DNA of 32,000 nt from Candidatus Saccharimonadota bacterium. Lineage in GTDB: Bacteria > Bacteroidota > Bacteroidia > Cytophagales > Amoebophilaceae. Location: assembly GCF_965196625.1 (NCBI RefSeq), contig NZ_OZ239769.1:630001-662000 (forward strand), read 5' to 3'. Each line of letters opens with the position of its first letter. Within the stretch, counting starts at the first letter, position 1. The position numbers were made by a program, and so were the translations under genes. Below are positions 17,073 to 26,243 of the stretch, in pieces. The notes under the pieces are model-generated. The model was not told the origin of the DNA, did no database searches, and worked only from the letters and a program-made list of their open reading frames with translations.

Positions 17073-18173
17073 TTAGGTATTTTTTATGCTTTGAATGCGT
17101 TGTATAGCCATTTCTTCCGCTACTTCCTGTGTTGGGCGTGCTGTTTTTGCAGCTTTATCTAATACATCCAGGCAGATGGTATAGAGTGCTTCTGTACGTT
17201 GTTTGACCAAATTTTGAGATTTGGGTTCTAGTTCCGTAACGGCATTGATTAATCCACCTGCATTGGCTAAAAAGTCTGGTGTATATACAATACTCTTTTT
17301 AAGCAGTAGCTTGCCATCCCGGTCTTGATCTGCTAGTTGGTTATTGGCCGCACCGACTACAATTGCACAATGCAGCATGGGAATGGTTTCATTATTTAAA
17401 GTTGCACCTAAAGCGCATGGTGCATATATGTCTAACGGCCAGCTGCACAAACGTTCCGCTGCTACTACTTCTACCTTACAGACTTCTGTTATGGCTTGAA
17501 GCCGCTTGGCGCAGATATCCGCTACATAAACAATCGCTTGCTCTTGGCAGAGCAATTGTGCCAAATGATAGCCAACTTTACCTATTCCAGCTATACCAAT
17601 TTTTTTGCCCGCTAAGCTATCTGTTCCAAATGCTTGCTTTACAGTAGCCTTCATGGCAATGTAGACCCCATAAGCGGTATTCCCTGAGGGATCACCACTG
17701 CCACCTAATGCTGCAGGAAGTCCGATCACATGGCGGGTTGATTTAGCAATATCTACCATGTGGTCCATAGTAGTGTTGTAGTCTGGTGCAGTAATGTAAT
17801 GACCACCTAATCGATCTATAAAAGCGCCATATTTGCGCAGTAGTGCTTCAGTAAGTGTTGTACCCTTTTTCTGGATCAGCACCGCTTTACCACCGCCAAA
17901 GTCTAATCCAGCTATAGATGCTTTGTAGGTCATGCCACGGGAAAGACGCAGTACATCCTTCAGCGCATCTCGTTCATTTTGGTATTCAAAAAAGCGCACT
18001 CCACCAACAGCAGGCCCTAATGTAGTATCATGTATCCCCACAATCGCCTGAAGCCCAGTTGCTTCATCTTGAAAATAGACCACCTGTTCATGCCCTTTTT
18101 GGGAAAAATGGGTGGAGTCATTTGGGTAGTTGCTAAAAATATAACTAGAAAAAGATTGTTCTATTATTTTCAT
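17073..18173 (-). CDS. Leucine (Glu/Leu/Phe/Val family) dehydrogenase
   Basis: 366 aa with the GPAVGGVRF and active-site GLDFGGGKAV motifs and the Rossmann motif GIAGIGKVG. Confidence 0.9.
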   Translation of the reverse strand: MKIIEQSFSSYIFSNYPNDSTHFSQKGHEQVVYFQDEATGLQAIVGIHDTTLGPAVGGVRFFEYQNERDALKDVLRLSRGMTYKASIAGLDFGGGKAVLIQKKGTTLTEALLRKYGAFIDRLGGHYITAPDYNTTMDHMVDIAKSTRHVIGLPAALGGSGDPSGNTAYGVYIAMKATVKQAFGTDSLAGKKIGIAGIGKVGYHLAQLLCQEQAIVYVADICAKRLQAITEVCKVEVVAAERLCSWPLDIYAPCALGATLNNETIPMLHCAIVVGAANNQLADQDRDGKLLLKKSIVYTPDFLANAGGLINAVTELEPKSQNLVKQRTEALYTICLDVLDKAAKTARPTQEVAEEMAIQRIQSIKNT

Positions 18174-18236
18174 AGGGCCTAATACAAATTGTTGAGGTTA
18201 AAGGAATGACACCACTCTTTGCTATTGGATGAGCAG

Positions 18237-18325
18237 TGGAGTAGGGGGGATTCGAACCCCCGGTACCCTTTTAGGAGTACACCCACTTTCCAGGCGGGCA
18301 CCTTAAGCCACTCGGCCACCACTCC
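18237..18325 (-). tRNA. tRNA-Ser (anticodon GGA)
   Basis: I folded the reverse complement GGAGTGGTGGCCGAGTGGCTTAAGGTGCCCGCCTGGAAAGTGGGTGTACTCCTAAAAGGGTACCGGGGGTTCGAATCCCCCCTACTCCA by hand. This gives a 7-bp acceptor, anticodon stem CCCGC/GTGGG with loop CTGGAAA, a long variable arm and T-arm GGGGG-TTCGAAT-CCCCC. No CCA is encoded. Confidence 0.9.
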
Positions 18326-18374
18326 AGCTAATGGTGCTAAATTTATGGATTTTTTATTTATAAACCATGCATGG

Positions 18375-18935
18375 CTACTTTGTAAGGTAATCTATCAGTA
18401 GCATAAGTGCTTTATACCGGTGTGAAATTTTATTTGTTTGATCTTGTTCGATCATAGCATAGGAGGTCGTATAGCCTTCTGGTTGAAAGATAGATTGCCA
18501 ATTGGCTTGATGCGGTATAGAGCTGGTTGGTTTGGTAATTTTTCCATGCATCGTACCCGTAAATAGCTTTACAGGCTGATTCCGGCCTTCTGTATAGGCA
18601 AAAGTAGAAGTAGCTATTGCAGTTTTATCTTCATAATCTGATAAAATGCGTATTAGTCCTTCTAATCCTATTTGCTGTATAAAGGTTTTAATATAAGGGC
18701 CAGGCAGCCCGTTTAAACTACTGAAGGTTAGAGCGGTGTCTTCTACTAATACGGTGTCGTCTACAATGGCAGCGGCAGTTATACATTTGTTAATGGCAAT
18801 TTCATCCAAAGATGCTTGTAGCTCTGGTAATTCTAAGGAATGATGGACCAATTTAAAGGGTGGATCATTACCTAAAATCGCACGAACTTGTTGGAGCTTT
18901 AATAGGTTACTGGTAACAAAGTTGATGGTTTGCAT
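18375..18935 (-). CDS. Inosine/xanthosine triphosphate pyrophosphatase (HAM1/ITPA family), eukaryote-like sequence type
   Basis: 186 aa. It contains [61 protein letters not shown] and [10 protein letters not shown]. By my recollection this aligns block by block with human ITPA ([71 protein letters not shown]). Confidence 0.9.
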   Translation of the reverse strand: [186 protein letters not shown]

Positions 18936-19262
18936 AGGCGATTATGAAATAGTCATTTACTATTTTATAGTTTTTTAAATATAAAAGCAACTATAGAACG
19001 GGGCAAGAAGATTCCCTTTCCTTATATCCTTTTTTTTACGATCCTGCTTAATGATAACGCACCTTATTATAGCTATATTAATATAATAGTCATCTAGATA
19101 ACATTTATTTTCGCTCTTTATTTCTGGAAGATTCTGCAAAAAATTTTAAGTTATTTTAGTTAACTTCAAAGCATTATCTAAAGCTAAACAAATATGATGG
19201 TGCAGTCAACCAAGCAAAATCCCATTGATGTAAAATTGTAAATAAAAATAATCCAAAGTATT

Positions 19263-20039
19263 ATGTTAAAAATAAAATTTGATACTAAAAATTATTTTAC
19301 CTCCTTGAGGCCCTTGAAAATATTTTCTTGTTTTAAACAATTAGTAGGCACAATAGCAATTAGTTGTGCTTTTATAGTCCACATATTTGCTAAAGAAGAA
19401 TTGGCTACTGATAAAAGAATGTTTATGCACAATGAAGAGGCAGAAAATTATTGGTATGGGGCTTTATGTATAAAACTAGGAAACCTAAGCCTTAACAAAA
19501 AACATCCAAAATTACTTCAATATTCTTCTTATCATCCATTTCCTGCTTGCTCATTTGGTGTAATGCCGGGATTATGTGTAGGTCGTCAGATTAATCCATA
19601 TATGGCCATAGAGTTGGCCTTAGAATGGTTTATAAGTACTCAAAAATATAAATCCCTTAATGCTAATGGCTTCTCCTATTCACCTATAGATTCACCTACA
19701 GAAAAAGCATCAACACTTTATACGGTAGGGGTAGGCTTAGATTATATCCCTATGGTACCGGTCTCAAGTACGGTTAGTTTACTGGCATCAATAGGTTGTG
19801 GTTATAAGAAAGCTGGTATAGAAGTGCTAGGGGTTAAAGAATTTGACGATATTAGTTGGAACTTTATTCCAAGAATAGGATTAGGTGCAATTATGCACGA
19901 CGGGTTTCTATCTTTTTCTGTGAAATTTGTATTAGAGTTTAATAACTGTTTCCGGGATAGCAAGCACCCTATATTTAATCCTTCTCTAGCGTTTGGGGTA
20001 GGTATGGGTGTAGGTTTTCCATTAAGCAAATGGTGCTAG
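19263..20039 (+). CDS. Hypothetical protein, possibly a small outer-membrane beta-barrel
   Basis: 258 aa. There is an N-terminal hydrophobic segment and C-terminal alternating hydrophobic/Gly-rich strands (TLYTVGVGLDYIP, RIGLGAIMHDGFLSFSVKFVLEF, SLAFGVGMGVGFPL). No family was recognised. Confidence 0.4.
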   Translation: MLKIKFDTKNYFTSLRPLKIFSCFKQLVGTIAISCAFIVHIFAKEELATDKRMFMHNEEAENYWYGALCIKLGNLSLNKKHPKLLQYSSYHPFPACSFGVMPGLCVGRQINPYMAIELALEWFISTQKYKSLNANGFSYSPIDSPTEKASTLYTVGVGLDYIPMVPVSSTVSLLASIGCGYKKAGIEVLGVKEFDDISWNFIPRIGLGAIMHDGFLSFSVKFVLEFNNCFRDSKHPIFNPSLAFGVGMGVGFPLSKWC

Positions 20040-20129
20040 CTTAAGGATTATTTTTAATCGCCAAGCATAAAGGCGCTTAACCTGGTTAAAATAAAAAAAT
20101 ATAAGCGTTAAATTTAGTATAGTAATGAG

Positions 20130-20546
20130 ATGATCTTAAAAAGTTCTTTTGGGGCCCTTAAAGATATAGCTTATCATTTGTTAAGCCATTCCGGTGATCA
20201 TAAAATATGGCTGTTAGAAGGTCCTATGGGATCTGGCAAAACCATATTGATTAAAGCACTTTGTGAGCTACTGCAAACGATTCATATCGTGAATAGCCCT
20301 ACTTTTTCCATTGTTAATGAATATGAGACGATACACCATACTTCTATTTACCATTTTGATTGCTACCGTTTGAATCATCTAGATGATGCGATTGCATTGG
20401 ATTTTGAGCGTTATTTTGAATCTGGTTGCTATTGCTTTATAGAATGGCCTTCAAAAATTAAACCCATTTTACCGATACATTATTTTTTAATTTCTATAGA
20501 AATAGAAACACCTACTACTAGAAACTTGATTTGTACGCATTACTAA
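20130..20546 (+). CDS. tsaE: tRNA threonylcarbamoyladenosine (t6A) biosynthesis ATPase TsaE
   Basis: 138 aa with LEGPMGSGKTILIKALC (P-loop), VNSPTFSIVNEY and YHFDCYRL, which are the canonical TsaE/YjeE blocks. Confidence 0.9.
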   Translation: MILKSSFGALKDIAYHLLSHSGDHKIWLLEGPMGSGKTILIKALCELLQTIHIVNSPTFSIVNEYETIHHTSIYHFDCYRLNHLDDAIALDFERYFESGCYCFIEWPSKIKPILPIHYFLISIEIETPTTRNLICTHY

Positions 20547-20556
20547 TGTGTTTTCT

Positions 20557-20632
20557 ATCGTATCTATTCACCTATGGTGGAGGCTTAAGGCTTTGTCTTT
20601 ACACTTGTCTTTATAACTCGCTCATACCCGCG
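20557..20632 (+). repeat. R2 dispersed intergenic repeat (~76 bp)
   Basis: atcgtatctattcacctatggtggaggcttaagg..cttgtctttata..ctcatacccg begins 10 nt after the tsaE stop and aligns with 14442..14518. Confidence 0.8.
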
Positions 20633-20708
20633 CTATCTTAAACTAGATACAATGTCCTAAAAATAGGGAAAAGCGTGTCCTTGGAAAAAGTTACGATTAG
20701 AAAGTGCA

Positions 20709-20780
20709 GCTTACAGATGAAAAGAAAAACAGTTTGCAGGGAGGGATTGCAGGATGGCTCCTGTTTTTCCATCTGTAAAC
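20709..20780. other. Long bulged inverted repeat in a 380-bp convergent intergenic region (structured RNA or terminator candidate)
   Basis: ttacagatg (20711..20719) pairs with catctgtaa (20770..20778). gaaaaacag (20724..20732) pairs with ctgtttttc (20761..20769). Between the arms are a 4-A bulge and a 28-nt loop. Confidence 0.35.
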
Positions 20781-20924
20781 TGTGCTTGCAGCAGCTTTTT
20801 CCATCAGAACTTGCTTTTTTATCAAGTAAAAAGCAACCAAAAAATTCCTTTTCTACCACTTATTTTAACAGCTGCTAGATATCTGTTCAACTTTTACCAC
20901 TGACTTGAATAGGTACTATCAAAG

Positions 20925-23114
20925 CTACTTTTTAGACTTCTGAACAATATCTTCAGCTTGTTTTAATAATGCTGGATCATATCCTTCCTGTGCAAGTATC
21001 CTTAAGGCAACAGATTGATCGGCCTCACCTGGTACGACTTTATAGGTATAATGTAGCTTCTGATCTGCTTGCTCATCTATAAAGACTTTAAAATTTTTAA
21101 TCCCTCTATCCTTAAACTTATGGGTGAGACCCATTAAAATAGGATAATGGGTGGAAACAATATGAAGCGCATTAGTGTGCTTTGCTATCGAGGCCAATAT
21201 GCTATAGGCTGCAGCACTCGCTTCAGTTGGGTTGGTACGGGCAAATGGCTCATCAGAAATGGTAAAAATAAACTCATTAGGCTTAGAATTTTCTAGCATA
21301 TGCTTATACTGCTGCATGCGGTGCACCTCGACCATAAAGAGGGAATCACCAGATGCAATATCATCCCTGAGCTCTATGTAGGTATTGATCTTGTTAAAGG
21401 GGGTTATGACCGCACTTTTAGCAGCTGCAATTCCAAATGTTTGGCTCAGCAGTACACTACTGGCTACACCACAAATAAAGGAAGATTTTCCACCTGCATT
21501 TGGTCCAGATAGGATGATGTTACGGGTATTATGCGCATCGAGCGCTACATTATTGTCTACAACTGTTGCAGGATTTAACATTGGGCTCCACATAGCATCG
21601 AACTGTATGCATGGTGTGCTTTGTTTAGAACGATCTAAAAACTTAGTGAAAGTATAACAGTGCGCTGGAAAATCTTTTTTTGATTCCTTTAGCAAAGTAG
21701 CTATACCCATAAAGGCATTCAATTGACCCAACTCATACATAGCCGGTTTTAAACAGTCTTTGTGTTCTGTAAACAAGTTGTATGTAGCCAATAGTTTGCC
21801 ATTATTTCTAAGGATATAGGACCAATGTTCCAGTTTCATATCCAAAAGATTACGCACCATAGCCCCTATTTCAGTGGACTCCTTACGTTTTTCTAATAAG
21901 GCTCTTATTGCGCTTAAAGAGGGACCGTAATGGGCTTCTAACGCCTGGTTTGCTGCGACAATATTGCTTAACTTTTGAATGGTTTGCAGAAAGACTTGTA
22001 CATCCCGCATGCGATTGGCTAGGTTGCAAAAAACACCACTATACTCTTGATAACTTTTTACCCCACAATAGCCACGCCATATAGTTGCTGCATGCGTGGC
22101 TGCTAAACCTACAAAAGGTAAAAGCGATCGCTTGCCATCGGTATCTCTATAGTTATTGATAACAGGACCGATGGAAAAAATTGGCGTAAGGTATCGAAAG
22201 GGAGCATAGCTCTCGCTTCTATTGCCTTCAATAAACCCCCCCTTTGAAATAGAGTTCATTAGGTAATTAGCTTCGCACCAGAATAGGCCTAGTATAGGTA
22301 TTGCAACAAACTCTCCATATATATCTAAAAGGTTTCTAAAAAAAATCCGTAGGGTAAGCTTACTAGCTATTTTATTGGTTGCAGGATTATCTGAAAGAAA
22401 CCGCTTATGCATGTAGCTCCTATATGCATGGGTGTAAAGCGAATCTGTATGGGTCCATAAGGAGAGTAAACTATGCTCTGCCTTGCGGTAGGTTGCCAAA
22501 GTTTGATGTAAATCTGCTAAACAAGTGGGGTTTTCTAATAATACCTGTAATGTGCGCTGACGGTTGCATAGTGTTACGATATCACTGGTTGGCGTTACTA
22601 AAAGTGTCGCCAATGCACACTCACCTAGTACAGTAGTGGTCTTATTAATGCGTGATAAGAAGTGATGCGCCGGATTACTAGATCCACCACAAAAAAGCAT
22701 TAAATCTGTCCAGGCATTGCTGTTTAATATAGGTTCACATTTTCCTGGAATGTTGGCATCAATGTCAGAAAATATGGTGCGTAGCACAAGTTTACGTTGC
22801 GTGCTTTCAGCTAGCTTTACCTTATCCGTTTGTAAAATGGCTTTTTTCTTTGGCTTTGAAGACAATGGACTCGAAGCAGCAGGCGCAATTGGAAAAGACT
22901 TTAGGTAATTACGCGAGACTTTTGCAGTAATGGACTCATGATCTACTTTTGAATCAGCAGATGCCCAGTCGCTACTGATCAGGCTTAATGATAAGGTAAA
23001 ATAAAGTATTGTTATGCTGGTACGGCTGCTATTACGTCTCATAATGGGTAAAAAATAAAATATTATTTTTGGACTTGCTGAAACAAACTTCAGTGTTCTT
23101 GCCTTGCTATACAT
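20925..23114 (-). CDS. MutS-related protein (MutS domains III and V only) with an N-terminal signal/TM segment
   Basis: 729 aa. Walker A is LSGPNAGGKSS, Walker B is TISDEPFARTNPTEA, and STHY is present. A domain III-like segment reads WTDLMLF..TTTVLGECALATLL. The N-terminus ITILYFTLSLSLISSDWASA is signal-like, and internal hydrophobic helices occur (FVAIPILGLFWCEANYL, LLPFVGLAATHAATIW). No mismatch-binding domain I was recognised. An alternative start is Met25 at nt 23042. Confidence 0.8.
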   Translation of the reverse strand: MYSKARTLKFVSASPKIIFYFLPIMRRNSSRTSITILYFTLSLSLISSDWASADSKVDHESITAKVSRNYLKSFPIAPAASSPLSSKPKKKAILQTDKVKLAESTQRKLVLRTIFSDIDANIPGKCEPILNSNAWTDLMLFCGGSSNPAHHFLSRINKTTTVLGECALATLLVTPTSDIVTLCNRQRTLQVLLENPTCLADLHQTLATYRKAEHSLLSLWTHTDSLYTHAYRSYMHKRFLSDNPATNKIASKLTLRIFFRNLLDIYGEFVAIPILGLFWCEANYLMNSISKGGFIEGNRSESYAPFRYLTPIFSIGPVINNYRDTDGKRSLLPFVGLAATHAATIWRGYCGVKSYQEYSGVFCNLANRMRDVQVFLQTIQKLSNIVAANQALEAHYGPSLSAIRALLEKRKESTEIGAMVRNLLDMKLEHWSYILRNNGKLLATYNLFTEHKDCLKPAMYELGQLNAFMGIATLLKESKKDFPAHCYTFTKFLDRSKQSTPCIQFDAMWSPMLNPATVVDNNVALDAHNTRNIILSGPNAGGKSSFICGVASSVLLSQTFGIAAAKSAVITPFNKINTYIELRDDIASGDSLFMVEVHRMQQYKHMLENSKPNEFIFTISDEPFARTNPTEASAAAYSILASIAKHTNALHIVSTHYPILMGLTHKFKDRGIKNFKVFIDEQADQKLHYTYKVVPGEADQSVALRILAQEGYDPALLKQAEDIVQKSKK

Positions 23115-23181
23115 TTTAATATAAGATTTTATTTATTAAAAAAATAAAATGGCTGCCTGATTGGTAAACTAGCGTGCTTTT

Positions 23182-25491
23182 TTATCTTTTTTTTGATTTT
23201 ACATTGTTTTCTACAATACTTACACATTCCGATAAGCTCAGCAGCTTAGGGTCTACAATATCTTTAGGAATACGGGCATGTTTTTTACCATGTTTAATAT
23301 ATGCCCCCCATCTTCCATTTAAAATTTGTATGGTTGGATCCTCAGGAAAAGTTTTGATCAGCTTTTCAGTATCTGCTTTTCGTTTGGCTTCAATAGTGGC
23401 TATAGCATCTTGTTCATTAATCGTAAATGGATCATCTGTTTTGGGTATGGAGTAAAACAGGGAACCATGTTTAATATAGGGGCCAAATCTGCCTATGTTG
23501 ATCATCAGGGGCAGTGTTTCAAATGTCCCCACTACACGTGGCAGTTTAAACAGTTCTAAGGCTTCTTCTAATGTAATGGTTTCCATACGCTGATTGGCCC
23601 GAAGTCCTGCAAAACGAGGCGGTTCCTCACGACCATCTGCTTCAATGCCTAACTGAACCAATGGGCCATATTTACCCAATCGCACGATTAACGAAGCATT
23701 GGTTGCTGGATCTCGTCCTAAGAGCCTGGTATAATTTACCATGGATCGGTCTATCTCAGCAGTAGCCTGAACTTTAGGATAAAAACCACTATAGAACTCG
23801 GTTAACATCTGATTCCAAATCTTAGTGCCTTGAGCAATTTTATCTAACTCTTTCTCTATATGTGCGGTAAAATTATAGTCGGTTACATCGGAAAAGTGTT
23901 TGACCAAAAAGTCATTGACTACTGCAGCCATATCGGTTGGAAAAAGTTTTTGTTTCTCTGCACGAACGATTTCAGTGGGTGTTTCTGCGTGAATTAGGTT
24001 GTTTTGTAGCGTTAATAACCTATAGGTGCGTGGAAAGCCTTCACGAGATTCTAATTTGATATACCCTCTTTTCTGAATAGTGGCAATAATAGGTGCATAG
24101 GTGGAGGGGCGTCCGATCTCTTTTTCTTCTAAATCTCTAACTAAAGTGGCCTCAGTATACCGAGCGGGCGGATGGCTGAATCGTTCTCTGGCCAACATTT
24201 TTTCTAAGGAAAGTTCCTGACCTATATGGAGCGGTGGCAACATCGTTTTGGCCTCATCTGACCCTTCTTCATCCGTTTGGTCGCGTATATATGCCTTTAG
24301 AAAACCTTCAAATTTCAATACTTCGCCTGTTGCAATCAGTGGTTGGTCTGTTGTAGAAATTGCAATGGTGGCTATGGTTTTTTCTATTTGTGCATCAGCC
24401 ATTTGAGAGGCCATAGCCCTACGCCAGATGAGCTCATAGAGCCGTTGTTCATCTTTATGGCTACTGGCTACTTTTAATGAAAAATCAGTAGGTCTTATGG
24501 CTTCGTGGGCTTCTTGTGCAGTGGATGATTTAGTGGTATAACTTCTAGCTTGGAAATAGGAAGCTCCATAGGTGGTGGAGACTATTTCAGATATATTTTG
24601 TATGGCCTCTTTGGAAAGATTTACAGAGTCAGTCCTCATATAAGAAATTTTACCTGTTTCGTAAAGCTGCTGAGCCAGTACCATAGTGCGGTTTACAGAA
24701 TAACCAAGTTTTCTACTAGCCTCTTGCTGTAAGGTAGAAGTCGTAAAAGGAGGGGAGGGAGACCGCTTTAATGCTTTGGTATCCAGTGATTTAATCGAGA
24801 AAAGTGCCCCTTTACATTTTTCTAAAAATCCGAAGGCCTCTGCTTCTGCTTTAAACTTCTCTGCGCCATCTGCTTTCAATAGTTGCTCCGTTGATAAAAT
24901 AAAAAAAGCAGATACAGCAAAATTAGAAGTGGAAACAAAACGATCAATGGCCCTTTCGCGTTCTACAACCATCCTTACGGCAACAGATTGTACACGGCCT
25001 GCAGAAAGACCTGGTTTAATCTTTTTCCACAATAATGGCGAAAGGTCATAGCCTACTAGCCTATCTAAAATGCGCCTGGCTTGTTGTGAGTCGACTAAGG
25101 CTAAGTCAATGGTACGTGGCTGTTTCAATGCATTCAAAACAGCCATTTTGGTAATTTCTCGAAAGACAATGCGCTGCACTTTGTTGTCGTTTAACTCAAG
25201 TGCTTCTTTTAAATGCCATGAAATAGACTCCCCTTCTCGGTCATCGTCACTGGCTAAATAGACACGATCCGAGTTACTGGCTAATTTTTTAAGGTGTTGT
25301 ACTACCCGTTCTTTCCCAGGGCTGATTGCATAACTAGGCAAAAAACCTTGTTCAATGTCAATGGCGTTATTGCCTTTAATAAGGTCTCTAATATGGCCAT
25401 TAGAGGAAGCGACTTGGTAGCTACTCCCTAGGTACCGTTCGATCGTTTTGGCTTTTGCAGGTGACTCAACAATAACTAAATTCTTTGCCAT
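23182..25491 (-). CDS. topA: DNA topoisomerase I
   Basis: 769 aa with the TOPRIM N-terminus (LVIVESPAKAKTIERYLG, DDDREGE) and the active-site region ISYMRTDS. Confidence 0.97.
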   Translation of the reverse strand: MAKNLVIVESPAKAKTIERYLGSSYQVASSNGHIRDLIKGNNAIDIEQGFLPSYAISPGKERVVQHLKKLASNSDRVYLASDDDREGESISWHLKEALELNDNKVQRIVFREITKMAVLNALKQPRTIDLALVDSQQARRILDRLVGYDLSPLLWKKIKPGLSAGRVQSVAVRMVVERERAIDRFVSTSNFAVSAFFILSTEQLLKADGAEKFKAEAEAFGFLEKCKGALFSIKSLDTKALKRSPSPPFTTSTLQQEASRKLGYSVNRTMVLAQQLYETGKISYMRTDSVNLSKEAIQNISEIVSTTYGASYFQARSYTTKSSTAQEAHEAIRPTDFSLKVASSHKDEQRLYELIWRRAMASQMADAQIEKTIATIAISTTDQPLIATGEVLKFEGFLKAYIRDQTDEEGSDEAKTMLPPLHIGQELSLEKMLARERFSHPPARYTEATLVRDLEEKEIGRPSTYAPIIATIQKRGYIKLESREGFPRTYRLLTLQNNLIHAETPTEIVRAEKQKLFPTDMAAVVNDFLVKHFSDVTDYNFTAHIEKELDKIAQGTKIWNQMLTEFYSGFYPKVQATAEIDRSMVNYTRLLGRDPATNASLIVRLGKYGPLVQLGIEADGREEPPRFAGLRANQRMETITLEEALELFKLPRVVGTFETLPLMINIGRFGPYIKHGSLFYSIPKTDDPFTINEQDAIATIEAKRKADTEKLIKTFPEDPTIQILNGRWGAYIKHGKKHARIPKDIVDPKLLSLSECVSIVENNVKSKKR

Positions 25492-25799
25492 AGAAGTATT
25501 CGTTGTGGTAAAAAATTATTACAATAGTAGTATGCTAGATGCATAATTATAAAGTTTAAGCAGGGTGCTAGCTTATCTTGCGCATGACCCTCACTTTATT
25601 TTTATGCCCATAAGCTACCCTTATGGGTAGGTTTGCCCCCAATTTACAAATGGTTCTTTGATTATAGCATATCATTACTGCCAAATAATTTAAAATATTT
25701 TATATAATTGGTTGCCTGAAACCTTAAACATGGTGTTAATGTGTGCGTTATTCCATACAGGCCCACTATTTAGGATAGCAACTACTTAGCTCATTAGAC

Positions 25800-26243
25800 T
25801 TAAACCTCTATATCCCTATATGGGTCATATTGGGTTACTATTACACCAAATTCATCTAGAAAATTTAATCCTTCTTCATAATCTAAGTTTTTATAGGCTG
25901 CGTAAGAATCTTTGTATACCACTTTTTTAACCCCTACACTAAATATGATACGGGCACAAGACAGGCATGGAGAAAGCGTCGTATAGAGGACACCATCTTT
26001 TACATTCGCATGATTGGTTAATGCGTAAAGCAGCGCATTTTGCTTTGCATGAATTGCTAAAGAACAACTTCCTTTTATATTCCTCGCACAGCCTGTTTTA
26101 GGCCATATTTCATCACAATTATAGGTGCCCGGTGGCGGGCCATTGTACCCTATGGCAATGATTCGGGTCTCTTTTGCTAATACAGCGCCCACCTTCTTTT
26201 TAACACAGTGCGAGCGCTGGGCCAATTGTATGGCCAATGACAT
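25800..26243 (-). CDS. dCMP (deoxycytidylate) deaminase homologue with HAE changed to HAK; possibly inactive
   Basis: 147 aa. It carries VGAVLAKETRIIAIGYNG and the second zinc motif SPCLSCARII. The first zinc/catalytic motif reads IHAKQNAL, with the Lys codon AAG at nt 26043..26045, instead of HAE.NA. Confidence 0.8.
   Translation of the reverse strand: MSLAIQLAQRSHCVKKKVGAVLAKETRIIAIGYNGPPPGTYNCDEIWPKTGCARNIKGSCSLAIHAKQNALLYALTNHANVKDGVLYTTLSPCLSCARIIFSVGVKKVVYKDSYAAYKNLDYEEGLNFLDEFGVIVTQYDPYRDIEV

Noticed and set aside
18219-18401. 60-aa plus-strand ORF
   Set aside because: It overlaps the minus-strand tRNA-Ser gene almost entirely, so it is an artefact of the tRNA sequence.
20638-20878. 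Two mutually antisense ORFs (73 aa minus strand, 67 aa plus strand)
   Set aside because: They overlap each other over nearly their full length in a repeat- and hairpin-rich spacer, and neither resembles a known protein. I treated the region as non-coding and reported it as a structured-region finding instead.
23174-25261. Several plus-strand ORFs (60 to 93 aa) within topA, and similar antisense ORFs within uvrB, lysS, accD, atpD, the OstA-like gene, the MutS-like gene and others
   Set aside because: All are shadow ORFs opposite confidently identified long genes.
25590-25625. Hairpin cccataag-ctacc-cttatggg downstream of the dCMP deaminase homologue as a terminator
   Set aside because: The stem is real, but neither strand has a following U-tract, and it lies ~180 nt beyond the stop. 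That is insufficient support for a terminator call.
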